Assembly (NCBI GenBank): GCA_928721565.1
Contig: OV788638.1
Coordinates: 204,348-268,347, forward strand
DNA: 64,000 nucleotides
Direction: 5' to 3'
From: an uncultured Clostridia bacterium
Lineage (GTDB): Bacteria > Bacillota > Clostridia > TANB77 > CAG-508
Numbering within the stretch: position 1 is the stretch's first letter; every line of letters begins with the position of its first letter. Shown one piece after another: positions 53,826 to 62,361 of this stretch. Below the pieces are notes generated by a model that did no database searches, was not told the origin of the DNA, and worked only from the letters and a program-made list of their open reading frames with translations. The translations under genes were made by a program, and so were the position numbers.

Positions 53826-54380
53826 ATGACGTATCTGTTCGAACTTTTTAGAACAGATGATATGAAAATCAATCAGTAAAATGGTTGATTTCTTTCTTTT
53901 GCAAAAAATCATCCTAAAATTACAATGAAAGGATGGTGCTTGAAATGAAGATAATTAAGCAAGAACTAGAATTTGAAGAATGTCTAAAACAACGCTCGGA
54001 ATTTATATGTGAATTTTCTAAAGTTACTCCTACTTTTATCAATGGTAGTATAATGTTTTATTTCAATTTTGCTGAAGATAACTCTGCTTTCAGTAGCTGT
54101 TAAGCCAGTAAAATTGCAAGTTAATTTTATAAATTTTAGCTCAGTGAGATAAAGGAAATGGAAACAACAGAACAAAATAAAGTTACATTGTATTTGTTTA
54201 ATAATATAAAAGTTATCTAATACACATTTAGCACAAAAAAATTCAAGTACAAATATAAAAAATACTTGAAAAATCAGCTCAAAAATGATAAGATATTTAT
54301 GTTAATTTCTTTTTAATCCTGTTTTTTAGATTAACATATAACTTCAATAGTAAAATTATTATTTTAAGGAGGAAAAACAA

Positions 54381-54749
54381 ATGTTAAGCGAAAAGAATCT
54401 TCGGGAAATCAAGGAATATGAGGAAGCTGGTATTGATGTTGTTGCCATAGGCAGTCATGGAACACTAGATTACTCTACTAAAGGCATGGGGGGCTGTGAA
54501 TATTGCGACCAGTGTAGTGACTTTAGGTTACTTCCTGATCCTGATCCATTCGATTGGTTCAGGAACGGCGATATGAAGGCAGTATGCCTTGAGGTTAATG
54601 GAGTAATTGAAGGCTCTCTTGAGAGACCTAGCGAATGGACTAATATTCGCAAACCTCTCTACTGCCCTAAACTCGGTCGTGAACTGAGTGAAGAAGAAAA
54701 GAAAACAGCAGCTGAAAGTCTGAAATGGGCAAAAGAAATGATGAAGTGA
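54381..54749 (+). CDS. GC-elevated Cys-rich orphan protein (122 aa); possibly metal or Fe-S binding (CxxCxxC...CP)
   Basis: AGGAGG lies 8 nt upstream of the ATG. About 42 % GC against roughly 27 % background. Motifs GMGGCEYCDQC and later LYCP. It sits inside a segment bracketed by duplicated tRNA-Leu end and terminator sequence. Confidence 0.5.
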   Translation: MLSEKNLREIKEYEEAGIDVVAIGSHGTLDYSTKGMGGCEYCDQCSDFRLLPDPDPFDWFRNGDMKAVCLEVNGVIEGSLERPSEWTNIRKPLYCPKLGRELSEEEKKTAAESLKWAKEMMK

Positions 54750-54956
54750 AGATAACTTTTCACATCGACAAGAGAGATGTTGCTTTATACAACATCTCTT
54801 TTAGTATAAATACTAACATTTCTTAATTATTATGTTAGTATAAAATTTTAAATTTGTATTGCATTTTAGCAAAAATATGAGATACTTTAGTAAATTGATT
54901 AATATTTGTATCAATCGTTAAAGTTGTGAAAAAAGTTGTAGATATCTACGTTGTTC

Positions 54957-55000
54957 GCACCAAGAAAGATTATCATTAGATAATCTTTTTTTATTTTACA
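54957..55000 (+). repeat. Second copy of the tRNA-Leu terminal gcacca plus its terminator hairpin (direct repeat of 53652..53696)
   Basis: gcaccaagaaagattatcattagataatctttttttatttt matches gcaccaagaaaaagattatcattagataatcttttttatttt. Confidence 0.8.
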
Positions 55001-55143
55001 CTATCATTAAAAGTGCTTAATAGCATATATATTACTAGAAAAACGATGGCTTACCTATTAAGTCATCGTTTTTCTAAAATTAAAGTTTTCCAAAAAAAAT
55101 TACACACTTTACTTGACAAAGTCTAAAACTCCCCTTTATAAAT

Positions 55144-56064
55144 TTATCTTATCTTTTCCAAAGTTATTTTTCCTATTTTTCCACTTCTAAAATCATCTAA
55201 AATAATTCTTGAAGTTTTCTCATCATCTACATTCCCACCAGAAATTATTGCACCTCTTCTTTTTCCTATAAGTTGCATAATTTCATATATATTCTCATTT
55301 TCTTCTTGATCTTGTTGTAATATTTCATTAACTTTTTCTTCATCCAAAGAATATCTATCAATTAATTCTTGTCTATATTCTTTTAATAAAAATTTAGTTA
55401 AGTTATACGCCACCTCTGTCAATTCTAAAATTGTGTCTTTTATTGTTCCTGTAAATGCTAAATTAAGTGCTACTTCATTATTTTCAAATTTAGGCCATAG
55501 TACACCGGGAGTGTCCATAAGCTCAATTTCATTATTAATACGAATCCATTGTTTTTGAGTTGTTACTCCTGGTCTATTGGCAACACCAGCGGAATTTTTC
55601 TTTGCAATTCTATTTATAAATGAAGATTTACCTACATTAGGAATTCCAACAACCATAACTCTTATTTTTCTTCCAATTCTGCCCTTGTCAGCATATGATT
55701 GATTCTCTTCTTGCATCGTTCTCTGGATCTGCCTTATTACTTCGTCTACTCCTTTTCCATTATTAGAATTTACTAATACCGCTTTATTTCCCTGTTTTTC
55801 AAAATATGTAGCCCATTTTTTATTATCCTTTTCATCTGATAAATCACATTTATTTAATACTACTATTTTTTTCTTATTTTTAGTTATTTCTTTTATATCT
55901 GGATTTTGACTAGATATTGGTATTCTTGAGTCTAAAATTTCTACAACTATATCTATTAACTTTAAATCTTCCGTAATTTGTCTTCTAGTCTTTGCCATAT
56001 GTCCCGGAAACCAGTTGATGGCGACTTTTGTCACCTCTTCTTTTTCATTATTCATTAATTTCAC
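55144..56064 (-). CDS. rbgA: Ribosome biogenesis GTPase A (RbgA/YlqF)
   Basis: Circularly permuted GTPase: VLNKCDL (G4) precedes GIPNVGKSSFINRIA (G1). Confidence 0.85.
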   Translation of the reverse strand: MKLMNNEKEEVTKVAINWFPGHMAKTRRQITEDLKLIDIVVEILDSRIPISSQNPDIKEITKNKKKIVVLNKCDLSDEKDNKKWATYFEKQGNKAVLVNSNNGKGVDEVIRQIQRTMQEENQSYADKGRIGRKIRVMVVGIPNVGKSSFINRIAKKNSAGVANRPGVTTQKQWIRINNEIELMDTPGVLWPKFENNEVALNLAFTGTIKDTILELTEVAYNLTKFLLKEYRQELIDRYSLDEEKVNEILQQDQEENENIYEIMQLIGKRRGAIISGGNVDDEKTSRIILDDFRSGKIGKITLEKIR

Positions 56065-56125
56065 TTCCTTTATTTTATAATGAAAAATTTAAGCATGCCT
56101 ATATTTATACATGCTTAATTTTATT

Positions 56126-56632
56126 TTAAAAGAATTTATATTCATTCTTATCTTCTCTTTGGTCTTTGGCTTTTAATTCTTCATCATATTTTTGATTCTT
56201 AAAATACCAATCTGTTTTTCCGTCAGATGGGTTAGCCTTTCTTCCCTTATCAGCTAACATATCCATTACGGCAAATAAAGCAAGTATTATTGCAATAGTA
56301 TCAGATAATAAATTCATAGTTAAACTATTATTTAATGATGCTTGTCCTTGAATTATTGGTATTATATTTGAAACAAAATGTTCTCCAAAATAAGCACCAT
56401 ATATTACTAAATACAACAATGATCCTACCATTACTCTTTTTATTATTAATACAATACAAGGTATTGTTGCAAATGCAATTATAACCTCATATGTAAAATT
56501 ATATGCCTCTAATCCTAACATGTCTATTGAATATTGTGTACACAATGCTACTATTGCTCTAAAAATCCAAAACATTATTATGAATAATGCTATTAACCAG
56601 GTTGAAAAATTCTTCATATAATTTTCCTCCAT
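56126..56632 (-). CDS. Hypothetical polytopic membrane protein
   Basis: Four to five predicted TM helices and a charged C-terminal tail. Confidence 0.4.
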   Translation of the reverse strand: MEENYMKNFSTWLIALFIIMFWIFRAIVALCTQYSIDMLGLEAYNFTYEVIIAFATIPCIVLIIKRVMVGSLLYLVIYGAYFGEHFVSNIIPIIQGQASLNNSLTMNLLSDTIAIILALFAVMDMLADKGRKANPSDGKTDWYFKNQKYDEELKAKDQREDKNEYKFF

Positions 56633-56692
56633 TCATAACTATATTATTAAAAAATGGGGTTGTAGAAATTAGATTCCACCCCCCAACATTTC

Positions 56693-56992
56693 TTAGTCTT
56701 CATCTACAAAATTAAATTCGTCTTTATATTTTTCTTTAAATATTTCAAATACTTTATTTAGTATTTCTTCATCTTCAACTCCTACATATGATTCTTCTTC
56801 TGAATCATCATCAGTGTCTTCTAATTTTAATATTACTACTTCTCCTTCATCTTCTTCACCTTCACCAGTTATTGGTAATAATACTACATATTCTTCGTCA
56901 TCTAATTCTACTAAATCTAAAAATTCAAATTGAACCTCATTTCCATCTTCATCATTTAGAATTACTATATTATCTAATTCTTCGTTTTCCAT
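56693..56992 (-). CDS. DUF1292-family acidic protein
   Basis: EVQFEFLDLVELDDEEYVVLLP...EVVILK pattern. Conserved neighbour of ruvX. Confidence 0.7.
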   Translation of the reverse strand: MENEELDNIVILNDEDGNEVQFEFLDLVELDDEEYVVLLPITGEGEEDEGEVVILKLEDTDDDSEEESYVGVEDEEILNKVFEIFKEKYKDEFNFVDED

Positions 56993-57053
56993 TACTTACT
57001 CCTTTCAAATTTTTTATATTTAATATAATACACTATTTTAATAATTTTGGCAA

Positions 57054-57473
57054 CTAATTTTTTATTTTATTTAGATATGTTTCTAAAATATATACTGCAG
57101 ATATAGTATCTACTATATTTCTTTTTTTATTCTTGCCTACATCTAAGAAATTCATCGTTTTATGTGCAGCTACTGTAGTCAATCTCTCATCAATTGTCTC
57201 TATTTTTAGCTTATTGTATTTACATTTTAATTTATGTATAAATTTCTCTGTTATTTCTGTTCTCGCTGATGGAGTTCCATTCATATTTATTGGTTTTCCT
57301 ATAACAATTGTATCAATTTCATATTGTTCTAATATTTCATCTAATCTTTTCAAAATTACTTTATCAGAACCACTGTTATGAATTGTTTCTAATCCTTGCA
57401 CTGTTATATTTAATGCATCTGTTATTGCTATTCCTGTTCTTGCATCTCCATAGTCTATTCCCAATATTCGCAT
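57054..57473 (-). CDS. ruvX: Putative pre-16S rRNA nuclease / Holliday-junction resolvase-like YqgF
   Basis: MRILGIDYGDARTGIAI RNase H-like motif. Confidence 0.9.
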   Translation of the reverse strand: MRILGIDYGDARTGIAITDALNITVQGLETIHNSGSDKVILKRLDEILEQYEIDTIVIGKPINMNGTPSARTEITEKFIHKLKCKYNKLKIETIDERLTTVAAHKTMNFLDVGKNKKRNIVDTISAVYILETYLNKIKN

Positions 57474-57481
57474 ATTTACTC

Positions 57482-57736
57482 CTATTCTTCTAATCCAATA
57501 TATTTTATAACCATACTCTCTAAAAGTTCATCTCTTTCTATTTGTCTTATCTTATTTCTTGCATCTTTGTAACTTGTTATATATGTTGGATCTCCTGATA
57601 GTATATATCCAACTATTTGATTTATAGGATTATATCCTTTTTCCACCAATGCTGCATATACTTCCTTTAGAATTTCTTCTTTTTTGGCATTTTTTTCTTT
57701 TTCAAAACTAAAACTCATTGTTTTATCAAAATCCAT
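57482..57736 (-). CDS. ireB: UPF0297 / IreB-family protein
   Basis: [38 protein letters not shown] matches the DUF965/IreB consensus. Confidence 0.75.
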   Translation of the reverse strand: MDFDKTMSFSFEKEKNAKKEEILKEVYAALVEKGYNPINQIVGYILSGDPTYITSYKDARNKIRQIERDELLESMVIKYIGLEE

Positions 57737-57755
57737 AATTATATTACCTCCTTAT

Positions 57756-58898
57756 TTAAATACATGTAATATCATTTTCATTTTTATCAGCATTATCAAC
57801 ATATTGTTCCAGTTTTTTCAAAACTTCTTCCATTCCTGTTCCTTTGTAATATGTCGTTAATACAAAATTAAGTTTAGCTTTTACAACTTGTGGTGTTTCT
57901 TCCTTTTTCTTCTTTTTAGTTTTTCTATCTATTTGTTCAATTTCTACTTCATCTACATTATCGTTTTGTGGTAATGATATTTCTATTTTTTCTGCTTCAT
58001 TTTTTACATCTGTTATGAATGTAATTACTGATTCAATATCAACTCCTGAAAATACTATTACAAACTTAGGTCCCATGTATCTTATATATAGATAATCTTT
58101 TGATATATTATTTTCTATATATTCACTTATATCCATTATAACTTGATTTCCTAATTTTCTTGAATAATTATCATTTATTTCTTCTATGTTAGTTATTCTA
58201 TACATACATACTGTAGATGTAGTATATTTATCAATTATTTTTTTACCTTCTCCATATAAATATTCTTCTGAATATAGTCCTGTAAATAAGTCTTTTCTTA
58301 CTATTGATTCCAATGTCTTTTGATGTACTACTGTTCTTAATACTGATACTATATTTTCTTTTATTACTTCAAATATTGTAGTATCAATATTGTCAAAATC
58401 ATGTGGAACACCACTTTCTATTATCCAATACCCAATATATACATTTTCTATATATATTGGAAAAAAGATTGCTGACTTTGCTCTTCCGAATTCCATTTCT
58501 TGATATGGTAATCGTTCATTGTCATTATTAACAGTTACATATTTAGGTGTAGCTGTTGCTATACTATCTTTAAAAATTGGAACATCTTGTAATTTACTTA
58601 ATGTATTCCAATGTTTTGGATCAACATTAGAAGCTTTTACTTCATATTCAGCTCCATTAAACACAACTATTGTAGAATATTTTATTTCATATTTTTCAAT
58701 TAGAATATTATTTATTTTTTGAATCTTTTCATCTACTGATGAACATTCTCCTATTGTACTTAAGAAATCTTGTAACACCCTTAAATTATTAGCTTGTCTG
58801 CTTAAATTATTAAATTGTTGTATTTTTTTATGTATCGTTATATTATAAATTAGTAATACAATTATAATTGCAACTAATATTCCAACTATAAATATCAA
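57756..58898 (-). CDS. Membrane-anchored protein with a sensor-like middle region and a degenerate GGDEF domain (RYMGPKF replaces RYGGEEF)
   Basis: N-terminal TM helix; DLFTGLYSEEYL is a GGDEF N-terminal motif; IDxF-like RITNIEEINDNYS; a GG(D/E)EF position reading RYMGPKF; no RxxD I-site. Confidence 0.55.
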   Translation of the reverse strand: MIFIVGILVAIIIVLLIYNITIHKKIQQFNNLSRQANNLRVLQDFLSTIGECSSVDEKIQKINNILIEKYEIKYSTIVVFNGAEYEVKASNVDPKHWNTLSKLQDVPIFKDSIATATPKYVTVNNDNERLPYQEMEFGRAKSAIFFPIYIENVYIGYWIIESGVPHDFDNIDTTIFEVIKENIVSVLRTVVHQKTLESIVRKDLFTGLYSEEYLYGEGKKIIDKYTTSTVCMYRITNIEEINDNYSRKLGNQVIMDISEYIENNISKDYLYIRYMGPKFVIVFSGVDIESVITFITDVKNEAEKIEISLPQNDNVDEVEIEQIDRKTKKKKKEETPQVVKAKLNFVLTTYYKGTGMEEVLKKLEQYVDNADKNENDITCI

Positions 58899-58917
58899 CT
58901 TTCTTCTCCCTCCATTA

Positions 58918-61188
58918 CTAATAATTTTTTTTCATTTGATTTAATGTATTATTCATTCTTGGCGAAAATCCATTACTATTATTATTTCTTATTGATGGTG
59001 GTGCATACTTTTCTTTTTTATTACCACTTTTGTATACCATATTAGCTAAATTCCTTAAACTTTGAATAAATTCTTTAGAGTATCCTTTTAATGATATATC
59101 ACAGGTTACTAATCCATCTAAATATCTTAAATATGATTTAAGATCAAATGGTATTGTAACATGTTTTACTGTTTTTCTATCAAATAATTCTTTTCTAACA
59201 GTCATTGATGCATCATTATATATTGAAATTCCACCTATTAATATTCCTTCACTAATCTCTCTTGTATTTATGAATTTATTTAATACTACTCTTGCTTTTG
59301 ATTCTTCAAACATGCCTTTATCACTTAATTGTCTTAAAAATGCTGTAAGTGGTTGTATTGTTAAAATATCCATTGATTGAACTATATATATTTCTTGAGC
59401 ATATTTAAAATATCTATTTGGTGTTGTAAAATCACAATCCATTAATACAACTGTATGCATTTCTAATAGAGTTTGTACTATTGGCTCAACTGCCTCTAAA
59501 TTTTCATCCTTCTCAAATGGAGATGTGTATATAGTTAAATTTTTATGAGCTTGTATTCCATTTGCTTTACCTATTTTTAAATTTTTCATTATATAATTTG
59601 ATTGATTTCGTAGTTCTTCTTCATTTTTGGTATATATATAATATGCATTTCTGTTTTGTGTTAAATCCAATATCGCTGTATTTATACCGTTTGTTGATAA
59701 TATTTCTGCCACATTGTTTATTAAAAATGATGTTCCATTTTTACTAGTTCCAACAAATGCTGCTAGTTTTTGATTTGAGTTTATTATATTATCTATATTT
59801 AATTCAGGATATTGTTCTATTTCTTCTTTTTTATTAATTTCGTTTGACGTTTTTAAACTATTTAGAACATTTGCATATTGTTCTTCAATTCTGTCATCAT
59901 TATCATTATTTTCAAATCCTGGCAATGTTGTTTCTTCTTCACTATCTTCAAATCCTGGTAGTGTTGTTTCTTCTTCACTGTTTTCGAATCCTGGTAATGT
60001 TACTTCTTCCTCACTATTTTCGAATCCTGGTAAAGTTGTTTCTTCTTTACTGTTTTCAAATCCTGGTAAAATTGTTTCTTCTTCACTGTTTTCGAATCCT
60101 GGTAATGTTGTTTCTTCTTGTTCTTCAACAGGTTTAACCTTTGGCGGTCTTCCTCTTTTTCTTTTTGGTTGTTCTGCTGCTGGTTCTTCTACCTTCTTTT
60201 TTGGTGGTCTTCCTCTTCCACGTTTTACAGGTTTCATTTCTTCTTTTTCTATATTTTCAATCTTTTCTATTTCATCAGGTATTGTTTCTGGAACTACTTT
60301 TGGTCTTTTCTCACTAATTGGCTTAGATGTATCTGCTGGTTTTGTAAGTATTTTTTTCTTCTTTAATCCTATTGTAGAAGGAATAACTACTGGTGCACTT
60401 GGTTTTTTTGTTCTACTATTGTTTAATAGTATTTCGCTTGTTCCCTCTTTTTCTTGTGGCTTTTCTAACCTTACTTTATCAGATATTTTATTACTATATG
60501 AGTTTACTTCTTGATATTTTTTAGATTTTTCTTCTAAAACTGCTCTTACATTAAGTGGCAAGCATTTGCTTATTACTTTTAATTGTGTATCATTGTATTG
60601 GCTTGCTATACTGTCAAAGCTTTCTACATATTTTTCTTCATCATTACCAATTCTTTTGTAATGTGCTAATATATTTTGAATTTCTAATTCACTAACATCA
60701 TTTTCATCATCTTTTTCATATGTTACATCTTCTGTATCTATCTTATAATAGATTTTAGCTTCTTTTTTTGAACGTGGTCTTTTTATTAGTTTGCAAACCT
60801 CACTTGCGCTTCTGTCATTTCCTAATAGTATGTCATATATTCCTATTCCAAATAATTTAACTAATATTTGTTCTGATTTGTTTCTTCTTTCTGTACATAT
60901 TAAAATTATAGGAATATTTTCTCCTTTAGTATTTGAAGCTTCATCACTAATACTATCTAATCTATCAAATAAGAATTTGTCCATTTGTTCATAATCAGTA
61001 TTAACATATTGTTCCAAATCTTCGCTTATTACTATTCTATCATATGTTTTGTCTCTTTGTAATTCTTTTAATATTGCATTAAAGTAATAAACATTTTTGT
61101 ATGATATTATTTGTTTATATTCTGCTTGATATTTTTTTATTATAGCTTGTGATGTATTTTCATTACTTACTGCAAATAAAACTTTCAT
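58918..61188 (-). CDS. 756-aa multidomain protein: N-terminal atypical receiver-like domain, basic AT-hook region, six 12-aa tandem repeats, and a C-terminal ParA/MinD-like domain with a degenerate P-loop (TadZ/CpaE-like ends with a roughly 300-aa insert)
   Basis: Receiver-like MKVLFAVSNE...RIVISEDL...IPIILICTERR...GIYDILLG. AT-hooks KRGRGRPPKKK and KRKRGRPPKVK. Six EETTLPGFENSE repeats. A Walker A-like FVGTSKNGTSF and Walker B-like VVLMDCDFTTP about 110 aa apart. Confidence 0.5.
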   Translation of the reverse strand: MKVLFAVSNENTSQAIIKKYQAEYKQIISYKNVYYFNAILKELQRDKTYDRIVISEDLEQYVNTDYEQMDKFLFDRLDSISDEASNTKGENIPIILICTERRNKSEQILVKLFGIGIYDILLGNDRSASEVCKLIKRPRSKKEAKIYYKIDTEDVTYEKDDENDVSELEIQNILAHYKRIGNDEEKYVESFDSIASQYNDTQLKVISKCLPLNVRAVLEEKSKKYQEVNSYSNKISDKVRLEKPQEKEGTSEILLNNSRTKKPSAPVVIPSTIGLKKKKILTKPADTSKPISEKRPKVVPETIPDEIEKIENIEKEEMKPVKRGRGRPPKKKVEEPAAEQPKRKRGRPPKVKPVEEQEETTLPGFENSEEETILPGFENSKEETTLPGFENSEEEVTLPGFENSEEETTLPGFEDSEEETTLPGFENNDNDDRIEEQYANVLNSLKTSNEINKKEEIEQYPELNIDNIINSNQKLAAFVGTSKNGTSFLINNVAEILSTNGINTAILDLTQNRNAYYIYTKNEEELRNQSNYIMKNLKIGKANGIQAHKNLTIYTSPFEKDENLEAVEPIVQTLLEMHTVVLMDCDFTTPNRYFKYAQEIYIVQSMDILTIQPLTAFLRQLSDKGMFEESKARVVLNKFINTREISEGILIGGISIYNDASMTVRKELFDRKTVKHVTIPFDLKSYLRYLDGLVTCDISLKGYSKEFIQSLRNLANMVYKSGNKKEKYAPPSIRNNNSNGFSPRMNNTLNQMKKNY
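59911..60126. repeat. Six tandem 36-bp coding repeats inside the 756-aa gene
   Basis: ttc[a/g]aatcctggtaatgttgtttcttcttcact[a/g]t[c/t] x6, encoding (E)ETTLPGFENSE. Confidence 0.9.
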
Positions 61189-61191
61189 TTG

Positions 61192-61593
61192 TTACCCCCT
61201 TCCAAACTTCACAACAATTGCAAATGCAAGCGGTAAAATTTGGCATATTACTAATATAGTTACGAATGATATCATCATTACTAAACCTTTTTCTTGTGTG
61301 TCTAATTTTCTGATTCCTATCACATATTGATATATTGCACTTACTGCAATTCCTAAAAAACATAATGGTATACTATATATTCTTATTAAATTCAATATGT
61401 ATGCTGTTAATCCATATGCATCTGAACCATATTTTTGTTTATATTCTTCAAGTGTCTTTGCTGTATTTTCTTTTATTTTTATCAATTGACTCTCATTTTT
61501 TTCATCTATTATATTTTCTGCTGCATATACTTGATTACATCCAAATATCACTATTGTCATTAGCAATATTATTATTGCAACTAGTTTTTTCAT
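61192..61593 (-). CDS. Small membrane protein (134 aa): signal peptide, a roughly 60-aa extracytoplasmic segment and two C-terminal TM helices. First gene of the operon.
   Basis: The start is probably MKKLVAIIILL at 61593, with AGGAAAGGAA upstream. Its 3' end overlaps the 756-aa gene by 4 nt. Confidence 0.45.
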   Translation of the reverse strand: MKKLVAIIILLMTIVIFGCNQVYAAENIIDEKNESQLIKIKENTAKTLEEYKQKYGSDAYGLTAYILNLIRIYSIPLCFLGIAVSAIYQYVIGIRKLDTQEKGLVMMISFVTILVICQILPLAFAIVVKFGRG

Positions 61594-61782
61594 ACCATAT
61601 TCCTTTCCTTTCACTTGTTTCATATATTTCTTACCTATATATCATACAATAGAATTAAAAAAATAGCAAGGAAAATCTTGCTATTTTTTTATTTTTTTGA
61701 CTTTATTTTATTTTTAACATTATTTGACATTTTTTCATATTTATGGTATTATTTTCATATTCAAATGAAAAGGGGTGTTTGT

Positions 61783-61917
61783 ATGAAACAGTTGGGTAAT
61801 ATTATTATATCTGTTTATAAAGATGAAAATAATAAAACTAATTTTCAAATTAAAACAGATAATGAAGACATTTTACCAGTATCCTATGTAATTGAAGATA
61901 CATTGAAAATGTATTAA
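61783..61917 (+). CDS. Small hypothetical protein (44 aa), divergent from the operon
   Basis: AAAGGGGTG RBS then an ATG. The product is MKQLGNIIISVYKDENNKTNFQIKTDNEDILPVSYVIEDTLKMY. A hairpin terminator follows. Confidence 0.3.
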   Translation: MKQLGNIIISVYKDENNKTNFQIKTDNEDILPVSYVIEDTLKMY

Positions 61918-61948
61918 TATAAACTTTATCATTTATCATATATTTAAA

Positions 61949-61987
61949 ATAAAAAACAATATCTACTTTTTTTAGATATTGTTTTTT
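61949..61987. terminator. Bidirectional hairpin terminator
   Basis: aaaaaacaatatcta-cttttttt-agatattgttttttt. Confidence 0.5.
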
Positions 61988-62063
61988 TGGTGCCTCGAAC
62001 GGGAATCGAACCAGTGACACAGGGATTTTCAGTCCCTTGCTCTACCAACTGAGCTATCGAGGC
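61988..62063 (-). tRNA. tRNA-Phe (GAA)
   Basis: Reverse complement is GCCTCGATAGCTCAGTTGGTAGAGCAAGGGACTGAAAATCCCTGTGTCACTGGTTCGATTCCCGTTCGAGGCACCA. Confidence 0.85.
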
Positions 62064-62097
62064 ATTTTATGCCTGATTTAATAATTATACAAAAAAA

Positions 62098-62174
62098 TGG
62101 CGACCTGGAACGGGCTCGAACCGTCGACCTCTAGCGTGACAGGCTAGCGTTCTAACCAACTGAACTACCAGGCC
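62098..62174 (-). tRNA. tRNA-Asp (GUC)
   Basis: Reverse complement is GGCCTGGTAGTTCAGTTGGTTAGAACGCTAGCCTGTCACGCTAGAGGTCGACGGTTCGAGCCCGTTCCAGGTCGCCA. Confidence 0.85.
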
Positions 62175-62182
62175 GTAAAACA

Positions 62183-62258
62183 TGGTGGTCGCTATAGGGC
62201 TCGAACCTATGACCCTCTGCTTGTAAGGCAGATGCTCTCCCAGCTGAGCTAAGCGACC
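62183..62258 (-). tRNA. tRNA-Val (UAC)
   Basis: Reverse complement is GGTCGCTTAGCTCAGCTGGGAGAGCATCTGCCTTACAAGCAGAGGGTCATAGGTTCGAGCCCTATAGCGACCACCA. Confidence 0.85.
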
Positions 62259-62361
62259 ATGTCTTTCGACAAGACTTAGTATACTATGTTTTTTTCATAT
62301 TGTCAATACATTTTTGAAAATTTTTTTATTTTTTTACAATTTCGTTTAAATTTTCCGTTTT

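Noticed and set aside
53673-54175. Minus-strand ORFs (53673..53912, 53687..53872, 53984..54175) in the tRNA-Leu island
   Set aside because: They overlap the tRNA-remnant and terminator repeats, have no RBS and give arbitrary composition. They are probably spurious. A +strand 52-aa ORF at 53945..54103 is weakly possible but unsupported.
59911-60126. A regular 36-bp repeat array that could be mistaken for a CRISPR
   Set aside because: The repeats are contiguous with no spacers, in-frame and coding (the EETTLPGFENSE array) within a long ORF. There are no cas genes.
60000-60126. The LPGF core in the repeat array as a sortase sorting signal
   Set aside because: The sortase motif is LPxTG near a C-terminal hydrophobic tail. 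These repeats are internal, cytoplasmic by context, and lack TG.
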